NCBI GenBank assembly: GCA_963774265.1
Contig: CAVZDU010000010.1
Location: 64,001-128,000, forward strand
DNA: 64,000 bases
Origin: an uncultured Chloroflexia bacterium
Lineage (GTDB): Bacteria > Chloroflexota > Anaerolineae > CG2-30-64-16
Direction: 5' to 3'
Shown in pieces: positions 32,034 to 40,559 of the stretch. The stretch's first letter is position 1. The number at the start of each line of letters is the position of its first letter. A program made the position numbers and the translations under genes. Under the pieces are notes generated by a model. It saw only the letters and a list, made by a program, of their open reading frames with translations, was not told the origin of the DNA and searched no databases.

Positions 32034-32061
32034 ATTATACACAGGAAATCCTTGGACGCAA
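32034..32061 (-). promoter_or_regulatory. Putative promoter of the binding protein/sensor operon
   Basis: TTGCGT-16 bp-TATAAT on the minus strand. Confidence 0.5.
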
Positions 32062-32090
32062 GACGCATTATGCTGCAATCTGACCCCGCA

Positions 32091-32363
32091 TTAAGGCTCA
32101 TCAAGACAGAGCGCGGCGCGTTCAACATAGCGCCGGGCTGTCTCTACATCACCCGCCAGAAGATAGGAGGCCGCCAGCCGCGCCAGATCTCTTGCTTCCT
32201 GCGGCCCACGTCCATCGCGGATCCGCGCGATGGTCGCGCGCAGCAGCATCTTTTCCGTCTGTGTCTTTCGCCCAGCGTCGCGCTGGATCACCTCGCCCTC
32301 GTCTGTCACGTTATCCGGTAGCCCGCTGAGACGATGCCACTTCGCGACATCACTTTCCGTCAT
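32091..32363 (-). CDS. Hypothetical 90-aa protein with helical C-terminus
   Basis: Fills the intergenic gap; upstream extended -10 TGCTATAAT (32420-32428) and purine-rich RBS. Confidence 0.5.
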   Translation of the reverse strand: MTESDVAKWHRLSGLPDNVTDEGEVIQRDAGRKTQTEKMLLRATIARIRDGRGPQEARDLARLAASYLLAGDVETARRYVERAALCLDEP

Positions 32364-32514
32364 TGCTTATCCCCATCTGTTGGTCCAGGTCAGCCGCAAC
32401 TGCAGCTTGCCTCTGACCCATTATAGCATCTGGCAGCAGGTCGACTGTGGTCAATAACTCGAATTGACAGCTTTCAGGCTTCCTGGTATGAATCGAGACC
32501 AGGAGGTTTGACCC

Positions 32515-33534
32515 ATGGATCTGAACCACAAAGAGCGCACGCAAGTTGCGTTTCGTCATGAGCCTGTCGATCGACTCCCTACTCAGATCAACTACACACC
32601 AGCAATGGGTGTGGCACTGGCCGCCCACTTTGGTGTTCCTGTGAGTGAGCTCGACATGTTGCTCGATAACCACCTGCTGCGCATTGACCTGTCATTCCCA
32701 TCGCGTCTCAGCCCTGACAGGCAGGAGCGCTATGACTGGTGGGGCGTGGGCTATGACACCGCGGAAGAGGGCTACTTCATCCGTCACAGCCCTCTTGCCG
32801 CCGCGCCTGATCTGGATACCTTCTGCTGGCCTGATCCCCACACCCCAGATCTGTTAGTCGATGCGCAGGCGGCGATTGCGCTCCGCGGACGCGAGTACTT
32901 TGTCGCGCCGAACCTGGGCTTTGCGCTGTTCGAACGGGCATGGGCTTTGCGCGGGTTCGAGCAGTTCCTTATGGACATCGCCCTCGATCAGGTGTATGTC
33001 GGCGAACTCCTCGATCGGATCGTTTCGATCCAGCTCGTACTGATCGAGCGCTTCCTTGACCTCGGCGTAGACGGTGGCTATTTTGGCGACGACTACGGAG
33101 CACAGAAAGGATTGCTCATTTCGCCCGCCACCTGGCGCCGACTGATCAAGCCACGGCTTGCGCGCCTTTTTGCACCTTTTCGTGAACGCGACTTGCCTGT
33201 CATCATGCATTCCGACGGTCAGATCCAGGCGATCCTGGCGGATCTGGTTGAGATCGGCTTGACGGTCCTCAACCCGGTGCAACCCGAGGTGCTCGATCAT
33301 CGCAGCCTCCATGCGCAGTTTGAGGGCCGGCTGGCTTTTTACGGAGGCATTTCAACGCAAACGGTATTGCCTCATGGCGCGCCGCCTGATGTTCGTCGCG
33401 CCGTGGCGGCGTGCGCTGCAGATCTGGCGCCCAACGACACGGGCCTGATCCTGGCCCCTTCGCATCGACTGATGACCGACGTCCCTATGGCCAATGTTGA
33501 GGCTATGTTGGCCGCCTTTCGAGAGAGGAAATGA
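32515..33534 (+). CDS. URO-D/MtaA-like methyltransferase family protein
   Basis: DWWGV, ERAWALRG, GDDYGAQ..LISP, MHSDG, LNPVQPE, YGGISTQ, APSH; TTGACA at 32464 upstream. Confidence 0.88.
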   Translation: MDLNHKERTQVAFRHEPVDRLPTQINYTPAMGVALAAHFGVPVSELDMLLDNHLLRIDLSFPSRLSPDRQERYDWWGVGYDTAEEGYFIRHSPLAAAPDLDTFCWPDPHTPDLLVDAQAAIALRGREYFVAPNLGFALFERAWALRGFEQFLMDIALDQVYVGELLDRIVSIQLVLIERFLDLGVDGGYFGDDYGAQKGLLISPATWRRLIKPRLARLFAPFRERDLPVIMHSDGQIQAILADLVEIGLTVLNPVQPEVLDHRSLHAQFEGRLAFYGGISTQTVLPHGAPPDVRRAVAACAADLAPNDTGLILAPSHRLMTDVPMANVEAMLAAFRERK

Positions 33535-34712
33535 CCATCATGGATGCCAGCGAACGTCGCGCCCTGATAGCTCGCGAGTTTGGAAAACGCTTTGGTGCAC
33601 AGGCTGATCTCTGGGTTCGTGCCCCCGGTCGTGTTGATTTGATGGGCAGCCACACCGATTACAACCTATGCCACGTGATGACCATGACGCTCAACCGCGA
33701 CACCTGGATGGCGTTGCGGCCCCGATCCGACAGGTGCGTCGCAGTCCAATCCCTTAATCTTCCGGGTCGCGCCTTGTTCAGCCTCGATGCGATCGATCAT
33801 GATCAAGTTACACCCTGGAGCAATTATGTCCGCGGAATGGCGTGGGCGTTGCAGACGGCTGGATATCGCCTGTGCGGCTTCGACGGACTGATCCACAGCA
33901 CCATTCCGTTTGGCAGTGGATTGAGTTCCTCCGCCGCCATCGAAATGGCGACCGGCATGGCATTTCAGGCGGCCTCTGATTTCAACATGGACCCGCTGGA
34001 ATTGGCCGTGCTCGGACAACGCGCCGAGAATGCGTTTGTGGGATTGAACTGCGGGATCCTGGACCAGTATAGTTCGGCCTTTGGCCAGGTGGACAGTGCG
34101 TTGTTGCTTGACTGTCGGGACCTCACGCACCGCATCGCCCCGATCTCGGCCGGGATCGCCGTGGTCATCTGTGACACCGCCGCGCCTCGTGATTTGGTCG
34201 GCACCGAATACGGCGAGCGTCGCGCCCAGTGCGAGCTTGGGGTGCAGCTGCTTGCACGCCACTATCCGCAGGCTGCATCGTTGCGGGACGTCACTCTGGA
34301 GATGCTTCTGGCGCATGCAGAGGAACTGCCACCGGTCGTCGCTAGGCGGTGCCGGTTTATCGTGGAGGAGAACCTGCGCGTTTTGGCGCTGGCCGATGCA
34401 TTGGAGGTCGGCCAGCGAGCGCGCTTGCATGACCTGTTCGCTGCTTCTTACATAGGCGCCCGTGACCTGTACGAGATCGGCGCACCCTCAATGTCCGCGA
34501 TGATGGACGCGATGCAGACTGCGCCTGGCGTCATTGCCGCCCGCCAGGCGGGGGCGGGCTTCGGCGGTTGCATGGTCGCGCTCGTAGAAGAGCAGCAGGT
34601 CGCCGCGTTCTGCGACGCTGTGAAGGCGCGATACGAGTCTGTCACGGGCATCGAACCCAACGTTTACCCGGTGCAGGCAGCAGCAGGCGCCGGCGCACTT
34701 GGCGCCGCCTGA
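33531..34712 (+). CDS. galK: Galactokinase (GHMP kinase)
   Basis: APGRVDLMGSHTDYN, PFGSGLSSSA, CGILDQ, GAGFGGC. Confidence 0.88.
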   Translation: MTIMDASERRALIAREFGKRFGAQADLWVRAPGRVDLMGSHTDYNLCHVMTMTLNRDTWMALRPRSDRCVAVQSLNLPGRALFSLDAIDHDQVTPWSNYVRGMAWALQTAGYRLCGFDGLIHSTIPFGSGLSSSAAIEMATGMAFQAASDFNMDPLELAVLGQRAENAFVGLNCGILDQYSSAFGQVDSALLLDCRDLTHRIAPISAGIAVVICDTAAPRDLVGTEYGERRAQCELGVQLLARHYPQAASLRDVTLEMLLAHAEELPPVVARRCRFIVEENLRVLALADALEVGQRARLHDLFAASYIGARDLYEIGAPSMSAMMDAMQTAPGVIAARQAGAGFGGCMVALVEEQQVAAFCDAVKARYESVTGIEPNVYPVQAAAGAGALGAA

Positions 34713-34778
34713 TAAGGAGATCCAGCCCTTGATCACATGAGCGCGACGGGACGCGACCAATAATACATATTAATATCC

Positions 34779-34807
34779 TTGCATTCTTGCGGTCGATCTG
34801 ATATAAT
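34779..34807 (+). promoter_or_regulatory. Sigma70-type promoter of the LysM gene
   Basis: TTGCAT-17 bp-TATAAT with extended TG and an AT-rich upstream tract. Confidence 0.75.
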
Positions 34808-34853
34808 GATTGCATATAAGGCGTGTACCAGTCCGGCCTGTGAGGAGGGTCCG

Positions 34854-35438
34854 ATGAAGCGTGGCTTACTCGTGGTGGTGCTCGGGACGTTGCTCCTGTC
34901 GGTCTCGGCGCCCACGGTGATGGCGGACAGCGGGCCGGGCGCCATGCACGTGGTGCAGCCCGGGGAAACGCTTGCCAGCATCGCCAGGCGCTATTGCACG
35001 ACCTGGCAGGAGTTGTACAGCCTCAATGCTCCCACCCTGGTGAACCCGAACCAACTCTATCCCGGCATGACGCTGCGCGTAGCGAACCGCTGCGACGGCT
35101 GGGACGGCGGTGGAGGATGGTCCGGTGACCATGGGGGACCAGATGGAGGTCAGTGGGGTGGCGCGTACGATCGAGGGCCGCGTTTGCACGCACAGGGTGA
35201 CCTGCGTGGCAGCACCTATACGGTGGTGCGGGGTGACACGGCGTATTCCATCGCCTTGCGCTTCGGGATTAGCACCGACACGCTCGGCCAGGCGAATGGT
35301 ATCAATCCATGGCGCATCTACGCCGGACAGTGCTTGACCATCCCTGGGTTCGGTCAAGGGGAGCATCCGTTTGGGCAGCCGCGCCAGCCGTATGATGGTC
35401 AGGCCGGCCCGCCCAGACCCAATCCGCCGCGACCGTGA
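34854..35438 (+). CDS. Secreted protein with two LysM domains
   Basis: Signal peptide, HVVQPGETLASIARRY and YTVVRGDTAYSIALRFG, Gly/Trp-rich linker. Confidence 0.88.
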   Translation: MKRGLLVVVLGTLLLSVSAPTVMADSGPGAMHVVQPGETLASIARRYCTTWQELYSLNAPTLVNPNQLYPGMTLRVANRCDGWDGGGGWSGDHGGPDGGQWGGAYDRGPRLHAQGDLRGSTYTVVRGDTAYSIALRFGISTDTLGQANGINPWRIYAGQCLTIPGFGQGEHPFGQPRQPYDGQAGPPRPNPPRP

Positions 35439-35466
35439 TCCAGGGGTGCGGTACTGGTCCCTGCCG

Positions 35467-36186
35467 TCACGCCTCGCTCGTGAAATGACTATACGTCCCT
35501 TCCGTGAGTTTCCGCTTCCCTTCGGCAAGCAGATCGTCGGGAATGTCACGGAGGGTTTCCTCTTGCGCCCGGTCCTGTGGCGTGCGCGGCACCGCGCCCC
35601 GCTCGAAATAGCTGAGCGTCTCCGCCATCATTTCCCCTGCCAGCGCGGCTAGCTGGCCGTTGATCTTCTCATAAGTGTCACCGCGGTGCACCGGCAACTC
35701 CCGTCTCAGGATGATGTCGCCCTCGTCGATGTGCGTGTCGACGAAGTGGATCGAGACGCCCTGGGGCAGGTCCTTGTATAGCGCCCATCCTACGGGTGAA
35801 CTGCCGCGTAAGGTCGGCAGCAGGCCTGGGTGTGCGTTCACGGTGGCGATGCGCGGCACATCGAGGATCGTCTCGCGTGCGATGCGTGCGCCACCCATCA
35901 CCAACAGGTCGGGCGGGTCCGCGGCCAGCAGCTCGCCGCAGAAGTCGCTGTTGAGGTTGTGAACGTACCAAACCGGGATCACGCGCTCCCGCACCTGCTC
36001 GACGACGCGCGGCGCGATGCATTGGCCGCCCATGCGCGCCAGGAATTTCTCACGTTCGACCGCGGCAACCTCCGATATCTCCTGCACGATCAACTCGGGT
36101 TCGTAACCGCGCTCGATCAGCACGCGCAGCATCTCCCGGCCCCAAGGGTGCTCTTCAAGCAACAAGAACGCAAAAGACAGCGGCAT
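35467..36186 (-). CDS. Formyltransferase-family protein (N-terminal domain only)
   Basis: NAHPGLLPTLRGSSP, IHFVDTHIDEGDII. Confidence 0.85.
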   Translation of the reverse strand: MPLSFAFLLLEEHPWGREMLRVLIERGYEPELIVQEISEVAAVEREKFLARMGGQCIAPRVVEQVRERVIPVWYVHNLNSDFCGELLAADPPDLLVMGGARIARETILDVPRIATVNAHPGLLPTLRGSSPVGWALYKDLPQGVSIHFVDTHIDEGDIILRRELPVHRGDTYEKINGQLAALAGEMMAETLSYFERGAVPRTPQDRAQEETLRDIPDDLLAEGKRKLTEGTYSHFTSEA

Positions 36187-36198
36187 ATGGATTCCTCC

Positions 36199-37443
36199 TT
36201 ATTTCATCAGCCGGTATGCCAACGGACCGACCAGTCCCTTGAACGATCGCCCGCGCAGGGCTTGATCCAGGTCCGCAATCAAGTCCTGTGGCGTCTCCAG
36301 ACCAACACTGGCGCGCACGATCCCATCTCCTGTCCATTCCCGGATTCTCGCCTTCTGAGCAGTCGTCAGGTAGGGCGCGGCGTCTACGTACAGATCGGTC
36401 GGGTAGTAGAACAGCAAGCTGTGTGCGTGCCCCAGCGATGTGGCGTACGACCACAGCCTGATCCGCTCGGCCAGGTTGATGGCTGCGCCCAGCCCACCTC
36501 GCAATTCGAACGTGATCATCCCGCCGCCCGCCGCCATCTGCCGCTCAGCTAATTCGTGGTGCGGGTGCGATGGCAGCGCCGGATAGAACACGCGCTTGAC
36601 CTTCGGGTGCGTCTCCAGGTAGCGGGCTACCTCCGCCGCGCTCTCGCAGTGCCTGCGCATCCGCAGGGGCAGGGTGGCCAGCCCGCGCAGGATCAGCCAT
36701 GCGTTGAAGGGACTGGCCGCGCCCCCCAGGTGCACCAGCCCGTCCTGGCGGATCTTGTGCAACGCGCTCGCCCGGCCGCATATCGCACCCCCCAGTGCGT
36801 CGCCGTGGCCGTTCAGGTACTTGGTCAGGGAGTGAATGACATAATCTGCGCCCATCGTCGCGGGCTGCTGCAGGGCCGGACCAGCCCATGTCGAGTCGAC
36901 CGCCAGCGCCGCGCCGTGCGCATGGGCAATCTGGGCGAGGCCGCGGATGTCGGCTATCCGCAAGATCGGGTTGGCCGGCGTCTCCACATAAACCAGCTTC
37001 GTATTCGGGCGCAACGCGGCCTGCACCTGTTCGGCGTCCGAAGTGTCCACCAGGCTGACGTCGATGCCGAAGCGGGGCAGGTGCAGCCCGAACAACTCCA
37101 CTGAACCGGCGTAGCAGACCTCGGACGCCACCAGGTGATCGCCCGCGGACAACAGGGTGAACACCAGCGCCGAGACCGCCGCCATCCCCGTGGCGGTCAC
37201 CAGGGCCGCTTCAGTTCCCTCCAGGGCGGCGAGCCGTTCTTCCAGCGCTCGCAGGGTCGGGTTGCTCCATCGCGTGTAGGCGTGGGGCGCCGCCGGCGAT
37301 CCGAGGGTCAGCGCCTCAAACAGCTTCCCTCCGAACGGCGGCAGCTTGAAGGTGGTTGCCATGTGCAGCGGCAGCCGCAGCGCTCCCGTCGTAGGGTCCG
37401 CTGCCTCGCCTGCATGTACTGCGAGTGTCTCGAAATCCGTCAT
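36199..37443 (-). CDS. PLP-dependent Cys/Met metabolism enzyme (methionine gamma-lyase / cystathionine gamma-synthase family)
   Basis: YTRWSNPT, TGMAA, ETPANP, HSLTKYLNGH, SVGLE. Confidence 0.92.
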   Translation of the reverse strand: MTDFETLAVHAGEAADPTTGALRLPLHMATTFKLPPFGGKLFEALTLGSPAAPHAYTRWSNPTLRALEERLAALEGTEAALVTATGMAAVSALVFTLLSAGDHLVASEVCYAGSVELFGLHLPRFGIDVSLVDTSDAEQVQAALRPNTKLVYVETPANPILRIADIRGLAQIAHAHGAALAVDSTWAGPALQQPATMGADYVIHSLTKYLNGHGDALGGAICGRASALHKIRQDGLVHLGGAASPFNAWLILRGLATLPLRMRRHCESAAEVARYLETHPKVKRVFYPALPSHPHHELAERQMAAGGGMITFELRGGLGAAINLAERIRLWSYATSLGHAHSLLFYYPTDLYVDAAPYLTTAQKARIREWTGDGIVRASVGLETPQDLIADLDQALRGRSFKGLVGPLAYRLMK

Positions 37444-37454
37444 GGCTGATTCCG

Positions 37455-38834
37455 TTATCCGTTTCTGTCTGTTGCAGCCAATGACTGCACGAGTGCAGCG
37501 TGCTTCTCACGTGTGATCGGATATTTGTAGGCGAACACGATCGCCAGCACTAACAGCACCGCTGGAATTGGCCCGGTGAAGATGCGGATGGCCGTGATTG
37601 CGAGACCGGGCTGCACGGGTGCCGGGTTGGCCGCGCTCGGCGTGAGGTAGCCGGTCAGCGCCAGCGCCTGCCCCATCATCCACAGAGCAAGGCCCGTAGC
37701 CAGTTTCTGGAAGAACGATGCAAAGGCGTAGTACGAACCCTCACGACGCTGTCCGGTGACTGCCTGGTCCACCTCCACCACGTCCGGCACCATCGCCCAG
37801 GGGATGACATAAGCGGTCGCGATGCCAAAACCAGACAGCGCAGCCAGTATGTACGCCAAAAGCACCTGGTCCGGCGCGAGCGCCGATATCAGCAGCAGCA
37901 CGACGACCCACGAGAGTGAGCCAACGATGAATGCACGCCGTTTGTCCAACCGCCGCGCCAGCCACACGGTGATCGGGATGAACAGGATGGCCATGCCCTG
38001 AGCGACGAGCACGAAGTAGTTGGCCTGTTCAGGGATGCGCAGACGATAGGACGCGTAATAGATCAGGACCGCCGCAAGGATGCTGGCTGTTGTCCAGCTC
38101 AAGAGGTACAAGCCCATCACCAGGCGAAACGGCTGGTTGCTGAGGGTCGCAGTGAGCGCCCTCCGCCACGGCAGCGGCGGCGGCAACTCCTCCGCAGGTC
38201 TTTCGCGAGTCACCCGAAATACCACGAATGGCGGGATCATGGACACAATGCCAAGTCCGACGCCCAGGGTCGCGAAGAGGGTGCGTTTGTCGGCAATTAC
38301 CCAACCCAGGACGGTCGCCAGGATGATCGCGCCAAGCGTGCCGGCAATGGAGAACACCATCCGGTAGCCGTTCAGCGAAGAGCGCTCGTCATAATCGCTG
38401 GTCAACTCTGGTGTCAAGGCATTGTAGCCTACGTGAACAATCGTAAATGCTGTATCGAACAGGATGAACACCAAGGCGTAGTAGACGGTCAGCCCGAGCT
38501 GGGACAGCGGCGGCACAATCCACATCAGCATAAACGTCAAGCCCAAAGGGACCGCGCCGAACAGCAGCAACACCCGTCGCCGCCCCCAGCGCGTCCGGAT
38601 GCGATCGGAGATCAGCCCGAAGAGCGGATCGTTGATGGCATCCCAGATGCGGGGCAGGCCGACCGCCCATCCCGCCAGATCGGGGCGCAGCCGTGCCACA
38701 TCGGTCAGGAAGAAGAGCTGGAAGAACATCAGGATCGCCAGCGGAATGCTGGTCGACAGGTCACCTGTAGAGAAGGCGAGCTTCATGCTGCGCGGAAGCG
38801 CAGCAGGTCCCTTCTCCTGGGTGCCGGCGCTCAC
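37455..38834 (-). CDS. GPH-family (MelB-like) MFS symporter
   Basis: RIWDAINDP..G.ISDRIRTRWGRRR, ALTPELT.DYDER, RREG. Confidence 0.9.
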   Translation of the reverse strand: MSAGTQEKGPAALPRSMKLAFSTGDLSTSIPLAILMFFQLFFLTDVARLRPDLAGWAVGLPRIWDAINDPLFGLISDRIRTRWGRRRVLLLFGAVPLGLTFMLMWIVPPLSQLGLTVYYALVFILFDTAFTIVHVGYNALTPELTSDYDERSSLNGYRMVFSIAGTLGAIILATVLGWVIADKRTLFATLGVGLGIVSMIPPFVVFRVTRERPAEELPPPLPWRRALTATLSNQPFRLVMGLYLLSWTTASILAAVLIYYASYRLRIPEQANYFVLVAQGMAILFIPITVWLARRLDKRRAFIVGSLSWVVVLLLISALAPDQVLLAYILAALSGFGIATAYVIPWAMVPDVVEVDQAVTGQRREGSYYAFASFFQKLATGLALWMMGQALALTGYLTPSAANPAPVQPGLAITAIRIFTGPIPAVLLVLAIVFAYKYPITREKHAALVQSLAATDRNG

Positions 38835-40322
38835 AGGGCCTCCAGATCCTGCATCTCTGGCGCCTCGTAGCTGTAGAACTCGTCCAGCGACCGGGCGGCC
38901 ACCGCCGCGCGAAACGCCCTGAGTTCTGCCTCGACTGCCGGATCCAATTCTCTCGGCCGATGCTTCGACAGGATATCTTTTGCCTTCGCTCGCGCGTTAT
39001 CGACTGCCGTGCGGCCGCCTCCCTTCTCCCAGCTATCCCAAGGATCGCGCACGAATAGCTTCGGCTGGTAGTGCTCCTTCCGGAAATGTGCCACTGTGTG
39101 CATCTCGGCGAGGTAATTCCCGGAGTAGTTGACCTGGCGGACAAGATCGAGCGCCAACGTTTCGTCATTCACCTCAATGCCGCTGCGCCAGGCGCAGCGC
39201 CGAGCCACACGCCTCATCATCCAGCACCAGCAAGGCGTGGTGTTCCAGGAGCGTGCTGTCCAGCGTGCCGCCGCAGGTGATCAGGTTCACGCCGGCCAGC
39301 ACCGCGGGCAGCAACGTCTGCATCCGCTCCAGTCCCGCCTGCACATCGGGCATCTTGCTTTCGGTCACACCGCCGACCGAGCGGATCGGCAGGCCATAGA
39401 ACCGTGCCATTTGCGCCGATGCGGCCGTGATCAGGCCTGTCTCGGCCGCGCCCAGCGCGACCGTGCCGTGACGCATGTTGGCAATGGTCGATACGGTGCC
39501 ATAGAGGACCGGCGTGCCCGGCCGGAAGAGTTGCGCCAGCGCGATGTGGGCGAGAATGGCTGCGTTTTCCTGTGCCAGCAGCCCGGCGAGGGTCACCGGT
39601 GCGGTGGCGCCCGCGATGGCCTCGGGCGACATGGCCAGCGGCTGGCCGTACTCTGCGCAGATGAGCAGGCCCTCCGCCTGCTGCTGAGCCATCTGCAGCG
39701 GGCTGACCACGGAGCAGATCGCCAGGAACCGCGGCCGCCGGCGAAGCTCTTCCTTGCCGCCTACCGCGATGGCCATCATCCGCATCATGTCCCACGTGGG
39801 CAAATAGCCGTAGCAGCCCATACCAAACGATTTGCGGCTGTGATGCGCCCAGTCCCAAATTGCCTCCGCATGGATCGTCGTCATTGGGATGTCGTCCGGC
39901 CAAACGTCCATCTGCGAGTTGTGGATATGATCCAGCCCGTCAATCAAAATGATATGCTCCAGCATATCAGCAGCGGTCACAGGGCGGATGCGGCCGGTAT
40001 CCATATCGACGATTCGCGTGGGCGTGCCTAGTCCGGCAAACAACGGCCCGGTCTGGTCGGGACCGATCGCATAACGCACTGCAGGATCGAGGCCATGTAG
40101 CGCAAACGAACTGGGAGCGCGTCCGATGGCATCCATGACAAGCTCCCGGGGGAGGCGCACCACCTGCCGTTGCTCGTCGACATCCGCACCGGCGTCGCGG
40201 AAAATGGCGCGAGCAATCGGATAGTCGACCCTGATGCCGATTTCTCCCAGGATGGCCATAGAACCCGCGTGAATGCGCTCGACTTCATCCGTGGATAACA
40301 CCTCAAAACAGGAGGTTCTCAC
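38831..40322 (-). CDS. mttB: Non-pyrrolysine MttB-family methyltransferase (frameshift near 39184)
   Basis: IHAGSMAIL.EIG, SPL, GATAPVTLAG, FYGLP..SVGGVTESKMPDVQAG, YLAEMHTVAHFRKE; GTG start after GAAGGAG. Confidence 0.88.
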
Positions 40323-40507
40323 TTGCGGGGTTGCTCCTTCGGTTGTGGTGAGTTGGCATGGAAGGACGAAGGAGATTATACGCCGAAATTGGTGTTTGGA
40401 CCACATTGCTGACGGCAGAGGAATTGGAGAGCCAGTCGTGGACGGTTGATGTCTGGATGACCCGGATCGTGCCGGGGCACACGGAATAGATTAAGATCGT
40501 GGGAACC

Positions 40508-40545
40508 GTGGACCGCTGAAGCAAGCAGATGCTTCAGCGGCCCAC
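40508..40545 (-). terminator. Stable hairpin downstream of the clostripain gene
   Basis: GTGGGCCGCTGAAGCA / TGCTTCAGCGGTCCAC stem; no long U tract. Confidence 0.5.
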
Positions 40546-40559
40546 AGGTGGTGTGCTGC

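Noticed and set aside
38831-40322. Pyrrolysine read-through in mttB
   Set aside because: No in-frame TAG at the Pyl position; the break is a 1-nt frameshift
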